A DNA stretch of 40,267 nucleotides from Octopus bimaculoides (lineage: Eukaryota), in NCBI RefSeq assembly GCF_001194135.2, contig NC_068982.1, positions 79,636,453 through 79,676,719 on the forward strand, read 5' to 3'. How positions within the stretch are numbered: the first letter of the stretch is position 1; the number at the start of each line of letters is the position of its first letter. Below, piece after piece: positions 37,668 to 40,267 of this stretch. The notes under the pieces are model-generated. The model was given only the letters and a program-made list of their open reading frames with translations, did no database searches and was not told the DNA's origin. The position numbers and the translations under genes are program-made.

Positions 37668-38304
37668 TTGAAAGAGAGAAAGAGAGAGAGGGTTATAAAA
37701 AGAGTGAGAGCGCGGTAACATTCATCTTGTTAAAATATGGAAACCAGCAAAAAAATGTGTGTATGTGTGGTGTATATATATATATATATATNNNNNNNNN
37801 NNNNNNNNNNNNNNNNNNNNNNNNNNNNNNNNNNNNNNNNNNNNNNNNNNNNNNNNNNNNNNNNNNNNNNNNNNNNNNNNNNNNNNNNNNNNNNNNNNNN
37901 NNNNNNNNNNNNNNNNNNNNNNNNNNNNNNNNNNNNNNNNNNNNNNNNNNNNNNNNNNNNNNNNNNNNNNNNNNNNNNNNNNNNNNNNNNNNNNNNNNNN
38001 NNNNNNNNNNNNNNNNNNNNNNNNNNNNNNNNNNNNNNNNNNNNNNNNNNNNNNNNNNNNNNNNNNNNNNNNNNNNNNNNNNNNNNNNNNNNNNNNNNNN
38101 NNNNNNNNNNNNNNNNNNNNNNNNNNNNNNNNNNNNNNNNNNNNNNNNNNNNNNNNNNNNNNNNNNNNNNNNNNNNNNNNNNNNNNNNNNNNNNNNNNNN
38201 NNNNNNNNNNNNNNNNNNNNNNNNNNNNNNNNNNNNNNNNNNNNNNNNNNNNNNNNNNNNNNNNNNNNNNNNNNNNNNNNNNNNNNNNNNNNNNNNNNNN
38301 NNNN

Positions 38305-38827
38305 GGGGGAGGATCTGTGATGATGTGGGGGGCTATATCTTGGAGATCCGCCAGCCCAGTGGTTTCCTTTCATGGCAGAATTAATAGTCAAGACTATTTA
38401 AGCATTTTATCTGATCAAATTCATCCTATGGTTTCGGAACTGTTTCCGGGGGGAAACGCAATCTTTCAGGATGATAATGCACCAATTCACACAGCTAAAG
38501 TTGTTACTGAATGGTACGAGGAACATTCAAGTGAAGTTGAGCATCTTATCTGACCACCACAGTCTCCAAATCTCAATATTATTGAACATTTATGGTGCAC
38601 TTTAGAAAAACAAGGAGTCGATATCCTCCAGCATAATCACTACAAGAGCTGGAGACTGTTTTAGCTGAAGAATGGACAAAAATTCCTTTGGAAACAATTC
38701 AAACTTTGGACGAGTCCATTTCTCGTAGAAATTCAAGCTGCAATTTCTGCCAAAGGCGGTCCTACCCGATGTGAAAATAAATTTGCTTGAAATTTTAAGG
38801 TGTCTTCATTATTTTGACCAACCCCTG
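38305..38827 (+). mobile_element. Tc1-like DNA transposon, 3' half, DD36E-type transposase pseudogene; 5' part probably in gap 37792-38304
   Basis: GGGSVMMWGAISW...FQDDNAPIHTAKVVTEWYEEHSSEVEHLI*PPQSPNLNIIEHLW...KGGPT. The terminus ...attttgaccaacccctg is followed by TA (38828-38829), and TA repeats lie on both sides. Confidence 0.93.
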
Positions 38828-38861
38828 TATATACATACATGCACACATACATATGTGTCTG

Positions 38862-38950
38862 TTTCTCTTTTTGTCTCCCCCACCACCACTTGACAACCGG
38901 TGTTGATTTGTTTAGCAAAAAACACTGATAGAATAAGAACCAAACTTAAT
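38862..38950 (+). mobile_element. SINE family A middle fragment
   Basis: tgtctccccaccaccacttgacaaccggtgttg...gatagaataag matches the reverse complement of 5260-5340. Confidence 0.65.
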
Positions 38951-39029
38951 TTTATACTCTGCTAAAGACACTTTGATGATTATATTTAGTAACATTCCTT
39001 TATGTTATGTCTTAAAAATCTATCAGAAT

Positions 39030-39121
39030 CAAATCTACCTTCTACGTTTCCGAGATCGATGCGATTGAGTGCCAGTCATGTTCTGATCACACTAACCAAT
39101 GAAACCCTTCGTCAGAATATG
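39030..39121 (-). ncRNA. Degenerate type I hammerhead-ribozyme-like motif with a long stem II
   Basis: The minus strand reads CAUAUU-CUGACGA-A-GGG...CUC-G-GAAAC-guagaag-GUA-GAUUUG. Stem I pairs 5/6, and the internal hairpin pairs AUUG/CAAU, GUUAGU/ACUGGC and GUG/CAU. Folded by eye. Confidence 0.5.
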
Positions 39122-39169
39122 CGTTAATGAGTTACTTAGGTTTATGCCTGTCTTAAGCCCAAGGACTCA

Positions 39170-39310
39170 TAAAGCCGGATTTCATGGCGTATAAATTACA
39201 GATTAAAACACGCTTCACTGAACAGGACGTTGGTCTGTTATAGGCTTAACATCGTAGCTATTTTTGCAACTCATAAAGTGTTTTGCTCAAGAACACAGTG
39301 AGTATTCATT
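39170..39310 (-). mobile_element. SINE-like fragment
   Basis: aaagtgttttgctcaagaacacag, whose reverse complement ctgtgttcttgagcaaaacacttt carries the cttgagcaag-type SINE body motif. Confidence 0.45.
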
Positions 39311-39424
39311 GGTTGAAGCAATCATAGGTATATAATTAAAGTGTATAACCTTTATACCACTATTCGATCTCTACATTATTCAGGTTCCTGCATTAAGTAC
39401 TACTGAGGTGATCGCCTGTTGAAC

Positions 39425-39625
39425 CGTTAATACCTACACATTTTCCTCCCTCCTGTCTTGTTTTTTTCGTTCTCTCTCCGCTTTTTTCCCCTCACAATCC
39501 TTTCTGGCGAAGATCGTAGGCTCGAAGCGTCAAAGACTTTGCCGTTGTTCCCCAGGGTTAAACTAATACACCTGCTTTTTGTTCCTTCACCTGTCTTCGT
39601 CTTTCTTCTGTAAATTTGAACTATA
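39425..39625 (+). mobile_element. Penelope-like pseudo-LTR fragment carrying a minimal hammerhead-like motif
   Basis: Pyrimidine-rich repeat containing CUUU-CUGGCGA-A-GAUC-guag-GCUC-GAAG-C-GUC-AAAG (39500-39535). The Penelope assignment is inferred from the established association of minimal hammerheads with these elements. Confidence 0.5.
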
Positions 39626-39637
39626 CACACACACACA

Positions 39638-39682
39638 TGCCCCAGCATAGCTGCAACTTGATGACTGAAACAACTAAAAGAT
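39638..39682 (+). mobile_element. SINE family A 3' tail fragment
   Basis: gccccagcatagctgcaacttgatgactgaaacaactaaaaga. Confidence 0.6.
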
Positions 39683-39691
39683 ATATATATG

Positions 39692-39743
<52 letters not shown>

Positions 39744-40267
39744 CATATCTATAGCAGTTTTCGTGTATACGTATGTGTGCCAGTTGTGTTTGTGTGTATA
39801 TGTGTGTGCACCAGTATATCTTTGTGTGCCTACTATGAAAAGGGGAGGTTTTTGTATTTACTAGGATGTGTAGTTCTATAGATGTTCACATAAATCTCTA
39901 CTCAATATATACCTGTAGGTTCTTCAGTGACCAGATATAGAGACGACAATCGATAAAAGAGCCATTACTACGTCTTGAACCATGTAGACGTGGCTATAAT
40001 GGCGGTCACTAGACTCACCAATCACACAACATACTCTCAATCAATAATGCACTGCAAAAACCTACGCATGCGGAGTGAACGTGCACTCAGGATCACATAT
40101 GTGTATACTACATGCGTACGAAAACACGCCAGCGCATACACACAGATATACACATCAGCACAGACACAGACACACACACATATGTGTATGTATACATACA
40201 TACATACATATATACATATATATATGTATATATACATACATACATACATACATATATATATATATAT
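39683..40267. repeat. (TA)/(TG)/(CATA) microsatellites
   Basis: Tracts at about 39683-39830 and 40135-40267. Confidence 0.85.

Noticed and set aside
39895-39935. Minus-strand CUGAAGA-ACC-UACA-GGU (core plus perfect stem II)
   Set aside because: No GAAA follows and there is no stem I partner.

Overview
This is AT-rich animal (eukaryotic) DNA from a gapped draft assembly with about 14 N-gaps. It is saturated with di- and trinucleotide microsatellites and decayed transposons. The SINE and repeat families look like those I recall from octopus genomes (inference, not searched). I can support no intact host gene, rRNA, tRNA gene or CRISPR array, and almost all listed ORFs are microsatellite read-throughs. 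Recognisable mobile-element relics are: a Helitron-type 3' end (325-353); an R4/Dong-like restriction-endonuclease retrotransposon tail sitting in a (TAA)n tract (8372-8648); a LINE 3' end with an (ATC)n tail (11752-12134); an RTE/BovB-like LINE 3' end (22040-22635); a decayed DD34D mariner (32780-33925); a hAT-like MITE (36472-36730); a Tc1-like element with unusual DD36E catalytic spacing (38305-38827); and many tRNA-derived SINE copies. The most interesting signals are near the right end: two hammerhead-ribozyme-like motifs on opposite strands (39030-39121 minus, 39500-39535 plus) in Penelope-like context, next to the DD36E element. There is also a 39-bp minisatellite (27315-28255) and a few weak candidate exons.
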